Below, in pieces: positions 54,131 to 63,485 of a stretch of DNA of 64,000 bases. Origin of the DNA: an uncultured delta proteobacterium (GTDB lineage Bacteria > Myxococcota > Kuafuiibacteriia > Kuafuiibacteriales > Kuafuiibacteriaceae); assembly GCA_963803435.1 (NCBI GenBank), contig CAWDML010000005.1, positions 448,001-512,000 on the forward strand. The letters are read 5' to 3'. Both the position numbers and the translations under genes were made by a program. The notes beneath the pieces were generated by a model. It had not been told where the DNA came from, did no database searches, and saw only the letters and a program-made list of their open reading frames with translations. Each line of letters begins with the position of its first letter. Within the stretch, counting starts at the first letter, position 1.

Positions 54131-55618
54131 ATGGCGGATGAGATGCAATTCGGGGCGGAGAGCGGCCCCGATCAGATCTATGTCGTGGATCGATGGAGTC
54201 AGTATCAATGGCGTCGCTACGTCGAAGGCGAGGAGACGGCGCAGGATCTTCTCAAGAACGGCGGCAAGCGGAGCTACAGCTTCCCGCGCTTCTGTCGAGA
54301 GACCTTCACCCGGCTCTTCGCCGACGATGTGCGCCCCGTGGATCGGATGAAGCCGGAGGATCAGTGGGCGGCCAATGCTCACCGGGAGCTGGGAGATCTT
54401 CCTGACTTCGACCGGCTTCGCCGACGGTGCCGGGCGGACAGGATCACCGCCGGCACGGCAGCAGTAGCCTTCGCGGAGGTCGTGCTCCAGAAGCTGCCGC
54501 CCATGAGCTCGGAGAATCCGGAACAGCTCCGGGAGCAGATCAGGGGGCTACTCCAGTTTGCGAAGAACCTGGCGGCCACGAATGGCGTCACGAAGGAAGT
54601 CGACGACCTGGTCTCCGACCTCCGGCACGAGGGTCAGGAGGCGGTCCATCGCGCTCTCGACCATGCACGTGCGGTGGACGTCTCGGAGCTTCGAGGCGTC
54701 CTCCGCGGTGCATGCCACGCCGCGCACCGGGCAGTGGACCAAGTGGACATCCAGATCGGAGCGTTCTGCGGCTGGGGCGGTGGGCCCAGCGCTGAGCAGA
54801 CGGTTGGAGTCGAAGTGAAGGCTGAGCTCGCCCGGTACGTCGCCAGGAGCGAGAAGCTCCAGGCTCTGGCTCGAGAGGCAGGGCGTCTTCGACGCATCGC
54901 AGCCGCGAAGCAGCGGACAAGGGTGGACCAGGCGCGGGAGGAGGTCGTCGAAATCGAGCTCGGCGCGGACATCGATAGAGTGTTGCCGTCCGAACTGGTG
55001 CTGCTCGCCGATCCTTGGCTGTCTCTAGAGTTCGCTCGTCGATTCTGCGAGCGAGGTTTGCTTCAGTACAAACTGGGTGGCAAAGAGGCGCTCGGGAGGG
55101 GGCCTCTCGTCGTGTGCATCGACGAGTCGAGCTCGATGGAGGGCGCGAAAGAGATCTGGGCGAAGGGCCTCGCTCTTGCTCTCCTTCAGGTTGCGACGAC
55201 GCAGCACCGTTGGTGCCGGGTCGTGAGCTTCAACTCGACCGTGGTCGACGTGCGCGACTGGCACCCCGGCAAGGTGGACCCTCTCGAGCTGGTGCGAAGC
55301 ATGGAGCGCTTCCACGGCGGAGGAACCTCATTGGAGGCACCCCTAACGAGTGCTCGGGAGTCGATCGAGAGCCACCGCAAGTTGAGACGCTCCGACGTTG
55401 TGCTGATCACCGACGGTGAATCCGAGGTCGGAGCGGATTTCATCGAGAATTGGAAAGAGGCACGGCGCAGGCTCGAATTCGCCTGCTACGCCGTGCATGT
55501 CGATGCCCCCGGCGGCATCGCTCCTCGAGTGTTTGCCGAGCTCGCGGATGTCGTGATCGGCCTGGCGGACCTGGCCAACGACGGCCTGGCCACGGACGCG
55601 GTCTTCGGCAGCATCTGA
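54131..55618 (+). CDS. ViaA-like vWA domain protein
   Basis: MIDAS residues VCIDESSSM, GGGT and VLITDG. Confidence 0.9.
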   Translation: MADEMQFGAESGPDQIYVVDRWSQYQWRRYVEGEETAQDLLKNGGKRSYSFPRFCRETFTRLFADDVRPVDRMKPEDQWAANAHRELGDLPDFDRLRRRCRADRITAGTAAVAFAEVVLQKLPPMSSENPEQLREQIRGLLQFAKNLAATNGVTKEVDDLVSDLRHEGQEAVHRALDHARAVDVSELRGVLRGACHAAHRAVDQVDIQIGAFCGWGGGPSAEQTVGVEVKAELARYVARSEKLQALAREAGRLRRIAAAKQRTRVDQAREEVVEIELGADIDRVLPSELVLLADPWLSLEFARRFCERGLLQYKLGGKEALGRGPLVVCIDESSSMEGAKEIWAKGLALALLQVATTQHRWCRVVSFNSTVVDVRDWHPGKVDPLELVRSMERFHGGGTSLEAPLTSARESIESHRKLRRSDVVLITDGESEVGADFIENWKEARRRLEFACYAVHVDAPGGIAPRVFAELADVVIGLADLANDGLATDAVFGSI

Positions 55619-55710
55619 AGAACAAACAACCGCTCATCGGGCCGCGCAGAAGGCGTGCAGCGCACTCGTGTGCCCGGAGAGCTCGAACGAAATGAGAAGG
55701 AGAAGATCAG

Positions 55711-55878
55711 ATGGAGTTCATCAAGAAGGTTCTGCAAAACGACGAGGTGAAGCGCGGGGCGTCTCACTTCTTCGTCGGCCTCGCGATCGCGGCAGTCTCG
55801 AAGCTCGTCTTCGGAGATGACCAGGAGCCCGCACTCGCCTCGGACCATGATTCCGAAGACGACGAGCGGGACGAGTAG
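55711..55878 (+). CDS. 55-aa small protein (not in the ORF track)
   Basis: AAGGAG RBS; MEFIKKVLQNDEVKRGASHFFVGLAIAAVSKLVFG followed by an acidic tail. Confidence 0.55.
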   Translation: MEFIKKVLQNDEVKRGASHFFVGLAIAAVSKLVFGDDQEPALASDHDSEDDERDE

Positions 55879-55943
55879 CACTCGATGCAGCGAGGCGGTG
55901 GGTTACGGCTCGCCGCCTCGCTGCACCGCATGGAGGTGTCAAA

Positions 55944-56297
55944 GTGAGAAAGAGACTTTGGATCACGGCCTCGGATCTCGCCGTCGAGCTCATGCTGCAA
56001 GCCAATCTTCTCGGCGCGGTCGCTCAAGGGGTCGGGGTGGTTCTCAGCGGGCTGGTAGCTTGGCTCGGCGATGAAGCAAGCACTTCGACAACGGGTTGGG
56101 CGCCGAGCATTGCCGTGTCACGACCTGGGATGTGGAGCGGAGTGATCGTCGTTCATCAGAACCGCGCGGCGTCGTGGCTACTCTTGCGAAGCGCGGATCA
56201 AGCCGACGTGCATGAACGCGGCGTCGATCATGGGATCAGGAGCGGATCCTGCGAGCTGGCCGACCGTCGGGCGGATCCGTTCGAGCCAATGAGCTGA
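55944..56297 (+). CDS. hypothetical protein
   Basis: GGAGGT RBS before GTG and a hydrophobic N-terminal half. Confidence 0.45.
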   Translation: MRKRLWITASDLAVELMLQANLLGAVAQGVGVVLSGLVAWLGDEASTSTTGWAPSIAVSRPGMWSGVIVVHQNRAASWLLLRSADQADVHERGVDHGIRSGSCELADRRADPFEPMS

Positions 56298-56423
56298 GGC
56301 AGAAGCCTCAGCCGCACGTCGTCTCCAACGACGACTCATCAAACAAGCCATACCGGATCATCGGTCGGTTCCGATGACTCGAGTCTTTCAGCGTCGCCAC
56401 TGGCGGCGCCACGCGGAGGTGTC

Positions 56424-57185
56424 ATGTTTTCAGGAGAAGAATTGAAGGAGATCTATCGGCGTCTTGCGGAACCCTTTCCGGAAGAAGCGATCGAAAGAAC
56501 AAAGGGAGAGATCACGCGAAAGGGATACGACACGAGCGGGCTCAAGTACCAGTACGTCGTGAACCGGCTCAACGAGGTTCTCGGACTCGGCGGATTCCGG
56601 GTCGAGCGGACATTCTCGATTCGCGAGCGCGAGGCACGAAGTGGACAGATGATGGTCGAGGCGACCTGCGATCTCTTGATGAAGCTCGGTCGGTGGAGCG
56701 ATGGAGAGTTCGTCGCATTTGCTGAGGCAACGGGAACCGGCGGGCACACGGCCACGACGGAAGCCGATGCAAAGAAGGGTGCCTTCACCAATGGCTTCAA
56801 GAAGGTCGCTGCGTTCTTCGGGGTTGGGTGGCAGGCATACGCAGGCGTCATCGACGACGACAATCTGCCCGTCGGCTCTTCCGGCGATCCGCCGTCTCGA
56901 CGGAACGGCGCCCGCTCAGAGAAGCGGCCCGTGCAGGGGAGAGGCTCCAACGGGAGCAATGGATCGAACGGTCGGATCACGACCGCTCAGCTCGAGCGCC
57001 TGCGAGTCCTGGTCGCGGACGTCGGAGGGGATTGGGGACGGTATCGCGACCACGTTCGGGGCGAACACAAGGTCAATGTCGAGTACTCGGATCGTCGTCT
57101 CGCGGATCAACTGATCGCGAGCCTCATTGCAACCGCAGAGAAGCGGAGAGCGAACGGCGCTCATCCATCAGGGAGGTCGCCATGA
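56424..57185 (+). CDS. Rad52/Rad22-family single-strand annealing protein
   Basis: LAEPF..., YQYVVNRLNEVLG and KGAFTNGFKKVAAFFGVG motifs; GGAGGT RBS. Confidence 0.85.
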   Translation: MFSGEELKEIYRRLAEPFPEEAIERTKGEITRKGYDTSGLKYQYVVNRLNEVLGLGGFRVERTFSIREREARSGQMMVEATCDLLMKLGRWSDGEFVAFAEATGTGGHTATTEADAKKGAFTNGFKKVAAFFGVGWQAYAGVIDDDNLPVGSSGDPPSRRNGARSEKRPVQGRGSNGSNGSNGRITTAQLERLRVLVADVGGDWGRYRDHVRGEHKVNVEYSDRRLADQLIASLIATAEKRRANGAHPSGRSP

Positions 57186-58030
57186 TCGCCGCAGCTCGGA
57201 GACGACCAGAGCGAGACGGGCTCCACGTGTCGGCGTCGGCGATCCGCACACTTCAAGAGTGCGGCCGGGAGTGGTGGTATCAAAAGGTCGAGGGTCGTCC
57301 ACCGGAGGATGTTCCAACAAGGCTCGTGCTCGGAGTCGCCGTCCACGAGGCGCTTGCAGTGTTCTACAGCGCGATGAGAGACGGCAAGGACCTGCCGTCG
57401 ACGGTAGATCTGGCGAGGACAGCCGGTGCGTCAATGGAACGGTCGGCCGCCAGTGGGAGTGCCGTCGCCTTCGCTGAGGGCGAGGGACTCGACACGTTGG
57501 AGGCACGAGCCCTTGGGCTCCTCACCGCGTTCATGGCCAGCGGGTATCGACCGCAGCGTGTTCTCGCGGTGGAGGAGCCTTTTGCGCTGATCTTGTCCGA
57601 TCCAGAGACCGGCGAGGTACTGCCGTACGAGGAGCGGGTGGTGGGGGTCATCGACCTGGTGGCGGAGGACGATGGGCGCGTCGTCGTCGTCGACCACAAG
57701 ACTGCAGCGAGGTCCGATCGGCAGAAGGGTGAACGTGCCGATACGCAGATGGGCTTCTATTCCTGGGCGGCCAAGCAGATCCTTGGCGAGGAGGAGGTCG
57801 AGCTTCGATACCAGAACGTCATCAAGACGAAGGTCCCAAAGGTCGAGGTCCAGCCGATCGAACTGCAACGTCAGGACGAACGCGAGGCCATCGAGGCCGC
57901 AGCGGGGGCCATTGAGCTGATCCACGTCGCAATCACGCACCCGAACGGAAAGCGGTTGATGAGCCGTAGGCGATCGTGGCGGTGCAGAGAGTGCGGCTAT
58001 CGGAGGCACTGCGGGGAGGATCGGACGTGA
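57182..58030 (+). CDS. PD-(D/E)XK RecB/AddB-like exonuclease with 4-Cys motif
   Basis: SASAI...C, G.AVH, GVID, VDHKT, Q..FY and CRECGY...C motifs; ATGA overlap with the annealase gene. Confidence 0.9.
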   Translation: MIAAARRRPERDGLHVSASAIRTLQECGREWWYQKVEGRPPEDVPTRLVLGVAVHEALAVFYSAMRDGKDLPSTVDLARTAGASMERSAASGSAVAFAEGEGLDTLEARALGLLTAFMASGYRPQRVLAVEEPFALILSDPETGEVLPYEERVVGVIDLVAEDDGRVVVVDHKTAARSDRQKGERADTQMGFYSWAAKQILGEEEVELRYQNVIKTKVPKVEVQPIELQRQDEREAIEAAAGAIELIHVAITHPNGKRLMSRRRSWRCRECGYRRHCGEDRT

Positions 58031-58242
58031 CTCGTCGATCGTGGCAGCTTGGTGGGCCACCCTTCGTCGAGATCGAGGGATGTCTGTTCGTGAACCTGAG
58101 CTACAAGATTGATGGGAGGCATCACGTGCGAAGGACTGCGAGATCGCTTCAGCTCCGGCGGCTTACTCTGAGCGAGGAGCAGCTCGTTCGAGAGATCCTC
58201 GCCGACGCGATGGTCGAGGGCTGGGCGCGGATCATCCGCTAG
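58027..58242 (+). CDS. small hypothetical protein
   Basis: GTGA overlap with the nuclease stop and an upstream GGAGG. Confidence 0.5.
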   Translation: MTRRSWQLGGPPFVEIEGCLFVNLSYKIDGRHHVRRTARSLQLRRLTLSEEQLVREILADAMVEGWARIIR

Positions 58243-58492
58243 GAACCGCGCACCCGAGATCCTTGGCGATGTGCACGAGCGGCCGCCTCCGCTGCGAGGC
58301 CGGGGAGGTCAATGAGCGTGCTGAGAGATCTAGACGATTCTGATGTGCACGTCGGGCTGGGGGCGGTGAACAACTCCGCTGCCGTCAGCCCGACGTGCGG
58401 CAGATCCCGAACAGTGCAACACGACGGCGCTCAACAGGCCGGCGTGGGAACGCCTCACTCAGTAGGCCGTGCCGGGCTCAAGAAAGGCCGGA

Positions 58493-58840
58493 TCAGGATC
58501 GTTCTCGAACCCGGTCGAGTTCTCTGGCGATGCGGAGAAGCGCTCGACGGTGATCCGTGGACCAGGAAGCGAGAAGAGCACGGAGCTCGGCGATCTCGCC
58601 GGGCTCCTTGGGAGTCGGTGGGGCGACATCGGCGAACACTTCGGCCGGCGTCATGCCCACCGCCTCACTCGCACGCAGGAGAACGTCCAGAGACGGGGTC
58701 CGCTCGCCGCGCTCCAGCAGGCCGATGTAGGAGGAGTTCACACCAACGCGCTCGGCCACCGTGGCCTGGGATAGACCGAGCTGCTCGCGCCGCGCTCTTA
58801 GCCGTTTCACGGCCTTCTTGGTGACGTTGCCGATGCCCAT
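58493..58840 (-). CDS. XRE-family HTH regulator
   Basis: LRARREQLGLSQATVAERVGV..SYIGLLERGERTPSL. Confidence 0.92.
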   Translation of the reverse strand: MGIGNVTKKAVKRLRARREQLGLSQATVAERVGVNSSYIGLLERGERTPSLDVLLRASEAVGMTPAEVFADVAPPTPKEPGEIAELRALLASWSTDHRRALLRIARELDRVRERS

Positions 58841-58931
58841 CCCCGTCGGGTGCGATGGTCATGTGTTGGTATCGAGAGCGCTACGATCTGTAAGTATTGA
58901 ATCCCATCATGACTCCCAGTAGCTATGACCC

Positions 58932-59744
58932 GTGCGACGTCGAGTACAGGGCTTAAGCCCGCCGTCATCACGGTGCCCCCAACCTTGGTACGGAGTTGGC
59001 CAGGAAACACGTTGGCTCAGAGGTCGCGCCGCCATTGCAGCGCTGGCGTCGATGATGTTGCTCCTTGCCTGTAAAGAGGACGTTCCGATTGCCTCGGCCG
59101 ATGTTGGCGTGCCCGCAACAACCGTCCAGGCTGCGGTTCAGCACCCTCGTACCTCACCACCAACGCTAGACGCGGTTGCTCCGATCATTGCGGCCATCAA
59201 CAGCGCCCAGATCGACAAGCTCCCGACACTGCTTCATCCCGACGCCATCCGCGACGATCAACAGCACTGTGCCAGGCAGGCAAACTGTGACGCCCTGCTC
59301 GGGAAGGCACGTTGGCTTCCAGAGGTGGCCAGGGCCTTCAAGTGCGTCACCAGCACGAACACAAGCCCGGTAAATCCGGCGTGCACGGAGGAGGCCGCCA
59401 GGGACGAGACATATCTCTGGCTGCGCTGGCTGAAGGATCTCGGTCTCACTCCCTGTGAAGCCGGTGATTCCGTCTGGACGGACACCGAACATCCCATCGC
59501 GGCCATTCCACTGCGGTGCCAAGGAGCAAATGGAGCGGTGCCCCTTCGTCTCTCCGACGAAGGCAAGTGGATGCTCACGTCAGGTTACGAGAGAGACCGC
59601 CCGATGAACAATGAGTCCGGCTTCGGGTGGGGCATGGATTTTCGCATCTACGTGGAGAGCGCGTTCATCGACAAGACCGTTCAAGATCACCGATGGGCTC
59701 GGATGGTCGCGAAGGCCAAGAAGCAGAGCGGAGGAGCCAAGTGA
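58932..59744 (+). CDS. putative lipoprotein (start uncertain)
   Basis: Lipobox LLLAC followed by a Cys-containing domain. Confidence 0.6.
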   Translation: MRRRVQGLSPPSSRCPQPWYGVGQETRWLRGRAAIAALASMMLLLACKEDVPIASADVGVPATTVQAAVQHPRTSPPTLDAVAPIIAAINSAQIDKLPTLLHPDAIRDDQQHCARQANCDALLGKARWLPEVARAFKCVTSTNTSPVNPACTEEAARDETYLWLRWLKDLGLTPCEAGDSVWTDTEHPIAAIPLRCQGANGAVPLRLSDEGKWMLTSGYERDRPMNNESGFGWGMDFRIYVESAFIDKTVQDHRWARMVAKAKKQSGGAK

Positions 59745-59948
59745 AGCTGCCGTGCCCCATCTGCGCCGAGGAGTATCCAAGAGTCGGCCAGAAAGTGCCG
59801 GTTCTGTGGCGAGTGGCTCACCAGCACCGGCTCCGCACCGCACACGAAGGGGAGGCCTCCCCACGCCCTCAACGCCGGTCAGTTCGGAGGGTTCCTGATT
59901 CTCTTCGTCATCGTCGGTTTGGTCGCGGGGTTCGCCGTTACCTGCGGA
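59741..59948 (+). pseudogene. zinc-ribbon membrane protein interrupted by the element at 59949
   Basis: CPICAEE / ARKCRFCGEWL (one frameshift), then a TM helix ending ...GFAVTCG exactly at the junction. Confidence 0.7.
59937..59948 (+). repeat. 12-bp direct repeat GTTACCTGCGGA (left copy; candidate target-site duplication)
   Basis: Identical to 63486-63497; encodes VTCG of the interrupted gene. Confidence 0.8.
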
Positions 59949-60156
59949 TGTCAAACACCAGCCAAGGTCGAAACCCCGGACTCGCAACAAGAGAGGATCG
60001 GCCCGGTCGACCGGCTGGCCGAGGACCGCGGAGGCAGGATCGAAGGGGGCTACGCCGGGGCGGCATTTGGGGATGCCGCTTTTCCCGGCTCCGCCCTGTG
60101 CCGGCCAGCCTCTGTTGAGATGAGTCGTCGCCCGCAACTTCGCTTGCAGCCCCCGA

Positions 60157-61980
60157 TCACCTGATCGGCCAGACGAGGCGTGCGAGACGGCGCTCGAGTG
60201 CAGAACGGTCGCGCGTCGAGAGGGAGAAGTGAGCGTGGATCCGTCGGGCGAGCGAGCGAAAGTGGTCTCGATGGAGCTCGTCAGGCTGCTCGCGCAGGAG
60301 GCTTGCGGTCGAGTCGATCCAGAAGAAGCGATCGATCATCCGGTCCGCGGAGAGCGCGCGGTCGATGAGATCTCGGAGCGCGGCTTTGGGCTCTTGGTGA
60401 AGCGCGAGCACGGCGCGCTTCTGTTCGTCGAGGTGAGCGAGCCAGTGGTCTCTGAGCGCGACGCGCTCGTTGATGAGCGCGAGGGTGATGGCGTCGGCTT
60501 CGTGGACGTGGGCGAGGTTCTTGACGATGCCGAGGAGGTATCGCGCGTCGGCGGAGTCGGGGAGCGTGCCGCGGTTCCGCTTGCCCTCGAAGATGGCGAT
60601 GCTCTCGGCGACAGTGTCGCGGTCGTAGCGTGCGATGGCGGTGCGGAAGTGATGCTCGGGATCGAGGAGACCGAGGCGCGCGAAGGCGTCACCGAGCGCG
60701 TGGAGGACGAGCGGGTCCGACCGTGCAAGCTGAGTTGCATACGCTCGTTCCTGTCGTCGCCGGCGTTCTTCGAGGGCCTGCTTGGCCCGCGCGATCTCCT
60801 CCTCGGTCCGCGATGAGGAGAGGTAGAGGTCGACGCGGGTCCTCCAGGATCGGTCTTTACGCGGGCGATGGTTGAGCGTTCGCGCGAAGGTCTGGACGCG
60901 CAGTCGGAGGAGTTCGCGGGCGAGCTCGCGCGGGGTGGTCGCGCGGACGGCGAGCGGGGGCGCCTCCTGGGAGAAGAGCCCGAAGGCGCCCTCCACGTGC
61001 GCCTTGTTCTCGGGCCGCCCGAGCGTGGCGCGGATGCGAAGCGTATCGCCCAGCGCGGCGTCGACCTCATCGGTGTGATTCGAAGGACGGTTGTCGAGGA
61101 GCAAGGCGAGTGGCGGTGCGCCGGTGGTGTTCACTCCGTCCTCGAAGGACTCGACGACGGCGCCGCTGTCCTCCTCGTCGCGGATCGAGGCGCCGACGAA
61201 GGCGCCGGAGGCGGTGTCAACGTCGAGCTCGAGGTTGAAGAGGAACGGTTCGTCGTTGACGTGCACGAGGACCTCCATGCCGTCTCCGACCCACTGAGCT
61301 CCGGGAAAGAAGCTCTCGAAGGTGTCCTTGGTCGCCTTCTCATCAGGAGACCGTCCTTTCCTCGGACGCGGTGTCCGTTCGCCGTGGACGAAGAGGATGC
61401 GTGCGATGAACGAGCCGCCGTAGGGCAGGCGCAGGTGTTGGCGGACGTGGGAGACGAACGAGGAGAAGTCTCCGCACCAGGTCTTGTAGGCGGCGAGGAT
61501 CGATTCGATGTGGATCGAACGCGCCTCGTCGGGCTCGGCGACGGGCTCGTCGTTGGTTGATGCGACCGGTTCGAGCGCATCGCCTTGGGTGCGGCGCCAG
61601 TCCTCGAGGGTGGGCAGAGGCACGCAGGTGGCCGCTGCGAAGCGGGCGAGCTCGAGGTCCGGGTGCGCCTCGCGGAGCTCGAGGATGCGGACGCGGAAGG
61701 CGTCGGAGTAGATGCGGCGTAGTGCCGTCCCCGAGACGCAGCCGGGATGGGCCATGACGAATTCGAGCACGGCGTGCGCGATGACGAGGTCCTCACCCGA
61801 GAGCGGACGAGGATCCGATCTCACCGGCCGCCCGACGGCGCCGACCAGCCCCAAGAGCACCTCTTCGAGACGGGCAGCGATCTCGTAGGCGCGGCTCTTC
61901 GCAACCTGGGTGGCCTCGAGGATCGCCGCGACGCTGGGATGAGGGAGCCCGAGGCGATCGAGGTGCTGGCGCGCGCACAA
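60157..61980 (-). CDS. large DDE integrase-core transposase (true start may lie up to about 62037)
   Basis: HTH (YSDAFR...PTLEDW); FPGAQWVGD, LLLDN and RPENKAHVEGAFG triad; long helical C-terminal extension. Confidence 0.85.
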   Translation of the reverse strand: MCARQHLDRLGLPHPSVAAILEATQVAKSRAYEIAARLEEVLLGLVGAVGRPVRSDPRPLSGEDLVIAHAVLEFVMAHPGCVSGTALRRIYSDAFRVRILELREAHPDLELARFAAATCVPLPTLEDWRRTQGDALEPVASTNDEPVAEPDEARSIHIESILAAYKTWCGDFSSFVSHVRQHLRLPYGGSFIARILFVHGERTPRPRKGRSPDEKATKDTFESFFPGAQWVGDGMEVLVHVNDEPFLFNLELDVDTASGAFVGASIRDEEDSGAVVESFEDGVNTTGAPPLALLLDNRPSNHTDEVDAALGDTLRIRATLGRPENKAHVEGAFGLFSQEAPPLAVRATTPRELARELLRLRVQTFARTLNHRPRKDRSWRTRVDLYLSSSRTEEEIARAKQALEERRRRQERAYATQLARSDPLVLHALGDAFARLGLLDPEHHFRTAIARYDRDTVAESIAIFEGKRNRGTLPDSADARYLLGIVKNLAHVHEADAITLALINERVALRDHWLAHLDEQKRAVLALHQEPKAALRDLIDRALSADRMIDRFFWIDSTASLLREQPDELHRDHFRSLARRIHAHFSLSTRDRSALERRLARLVWPIR

Positions 61981-62117
61981 AAGGAGCGCCGCGAGGGCGG
62001 TGGAGGGGACAGCGGGCGTGGGATTCGAGTAGAGCAGTCAGCGGCGGGTCCTCCGGTTCCTCGGAAAGGTTTGTTTCGCAACTCACCCTTGCCGCAGGAG
62101 GCGAAGGACCGCCACCT

Positions 62118-63398
62118 TCAATCGCGAAGCTCGAGGATCCGGCGGCCCATCAACCAGACCTCGGGCACGCCGTCCTTGGTGACGACCTTGAAGAGCTCGA
62201 GCCGGCGATCGCGCAGATCGAGATCGTCCTTGTCCTGTCCGGCGCCGGCCTCAATGCGCGCGAGGACCTCGTCCGCCCGCCCGTAGTACCGATCCGCCGG
62301 AACGAGCAGACCGCCGAGCGCGTGGTGGGTCCGCGCGTGGTTGTACCAGTGCAGGTGCGCGGCGAGCCGGCGTCGCATCTCCGCGAGGTCGTAGAACCGG
62401 TTCACGTCGAACAGCTCGGTGTGGAGGTTGCCGTTGAACGCCTCGATCTTTCCGTTCCACTCCTTCTCCTGGGCCACGATCTGATCGATCCCGAGCTCCG
62501 TCAGGTACGCGGTGAAGCGCGAGACGCCGCGCCACGACCAGAACGCGGCACCCTTATCGTGCAGCACCATCTCCGGCTTTCCGTGACGCGCGATCGCGTC
62601 CTCGAAAGTCTCGATCACGAAGTCGGCGCGCTCCGCGTCGCTCACGCCGTGTCCGGTGACGAAGCGGGCGCAGTCGTCGAGCAGGATCAAGGTGTGGGCA
62701 TCAGCGCGGTTGATGAAGCGATGCACGTAATCGAGGTGCCACATGTGATTGGGTCGCACGGCCTCGAACCGCTCGTCGTGCTTCTTCCTCTTCACCCGCG
62801 GCGGTCGGTAGCCCGCGTCCTCCATTACCCGCCGCACCGTCCGCGTCGAGACCTTGATGCCTTTGCGCCGGAGCTGGTTCCGGATCTGGCTGGGGCCGAG
62901 GCCGGGGTGACGCTTCCACTCGGCCAGGATCTCCTGGTCACGCTGCGCCTCGATCTCGTCCGGTGCCGGTCCGCTCGTCGGTGCGGGGGCCTCACCCTTC
63001 GCCGCCTTCCTCGCCTTCGCGCGCCAGTCGTAGACGGTGAAGCGACTCATGCCCAGCTTCTCGGCGGCGGCCTGCACGCCGTGCTTCGACGCGTACTCGA
63101 CGGCTTCGGCGATCTGCGAGGGCGTGTACTTCTTCGCCGTGCGGCCCCGCTCTACCTTCGCCTCGCCTCCTCGCTCCTTCTTCAGCTTGCTAGCCAACCT
63201 TCGTTTCGAATTGCTTCGAGCACTTCGCTCTTCACGCGACTTCGCGAGCCAGCGACTGACGTTGCTCTGATCGATGCCATGCTTCTTCGCCGCCGCGCAG
63301 ACGCCGATCTTCTGCGCCTCGTCGACGACAGCGCGCCGCTGCTCCTCGGTGTACGAACGCCGTTCCTTGCTGCGCCTGCCACGTCTCTTCGTTGCCAT
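62118..63398 (-). CDS. IS481/IS3-like DDE transposase with multiple HTHs
   Basis: RPNHMWHLD, LHDKG, NGKIEAFN and WYN..R.H.ALGG motifs. Confidence 0.92.
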   Translation of the reverse strand: MATKRRGRRSKERRSYTEEQRRAVVDEAQKIGVCAAAKKHGIDQSNVSRWLAKSREERSARSNSKRRLASKLKKERGGEAKVERGRTAKKYTPSQIAEAVEYASKHGVQAAAEKLGMSRFTVYDWRAKARKAAKGEAPAPTSGPAPDEIEAQRDQEILAEWKRHPGLGPSQIRNQLRRKGIKVSTRTVRRVMEDAGYRPPRVKRKKHDERFEAVRPNHMWHLDYVHRFINRADAHTLILLDDCARFVTGHGVSDAERADFVIETFEDAIARHGKPEMVLHDKGAAFWSWRGVSRFTAYLTELGIDQIVAQEKEWNGKIEAFNGNLHTELFDVNRFYDLAEMRRRLAAHLHWYNHARTHHALGGLLVPADRYYGRADEVLARIEAGAGQDKDDLDLRDRRLELFKVVTKDGVPEVWLMGRRILELRD

Positions 63399-63485
63399 CT
63401 ACAACCCCCCGCCGCCGAGAGATTGCCTTGCACCCGGTCCGGGATTTCAGGCCTCGGCAGCCATGGAAGTTGTTGAGCAAGCGCA

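Larger units (their letters stand above)
59949..63485 (-). mobile_element. 3537-bp TG...CA element encoding two DDE transposases
   Basis: Bounded by the 12-bp repeats; begins TGTCAAAC and ends AAGCGCA; repeated from 63498. Confidence 0.8.

Noticed and set aside
57182-58030. Cas4 of a CRISPR system
   Set aside because: No cas1/cas2 or array; coupling to an annealase fits a recombination exonuclease.
59949-63485. IS21, Tn7/CAST or IS3 orfA/orfB element
   Set aside because: No ATPase, TnsA, TniQ or Cas gene; both ORFs are separate, complete DDE proteins rather than frameshift partners.
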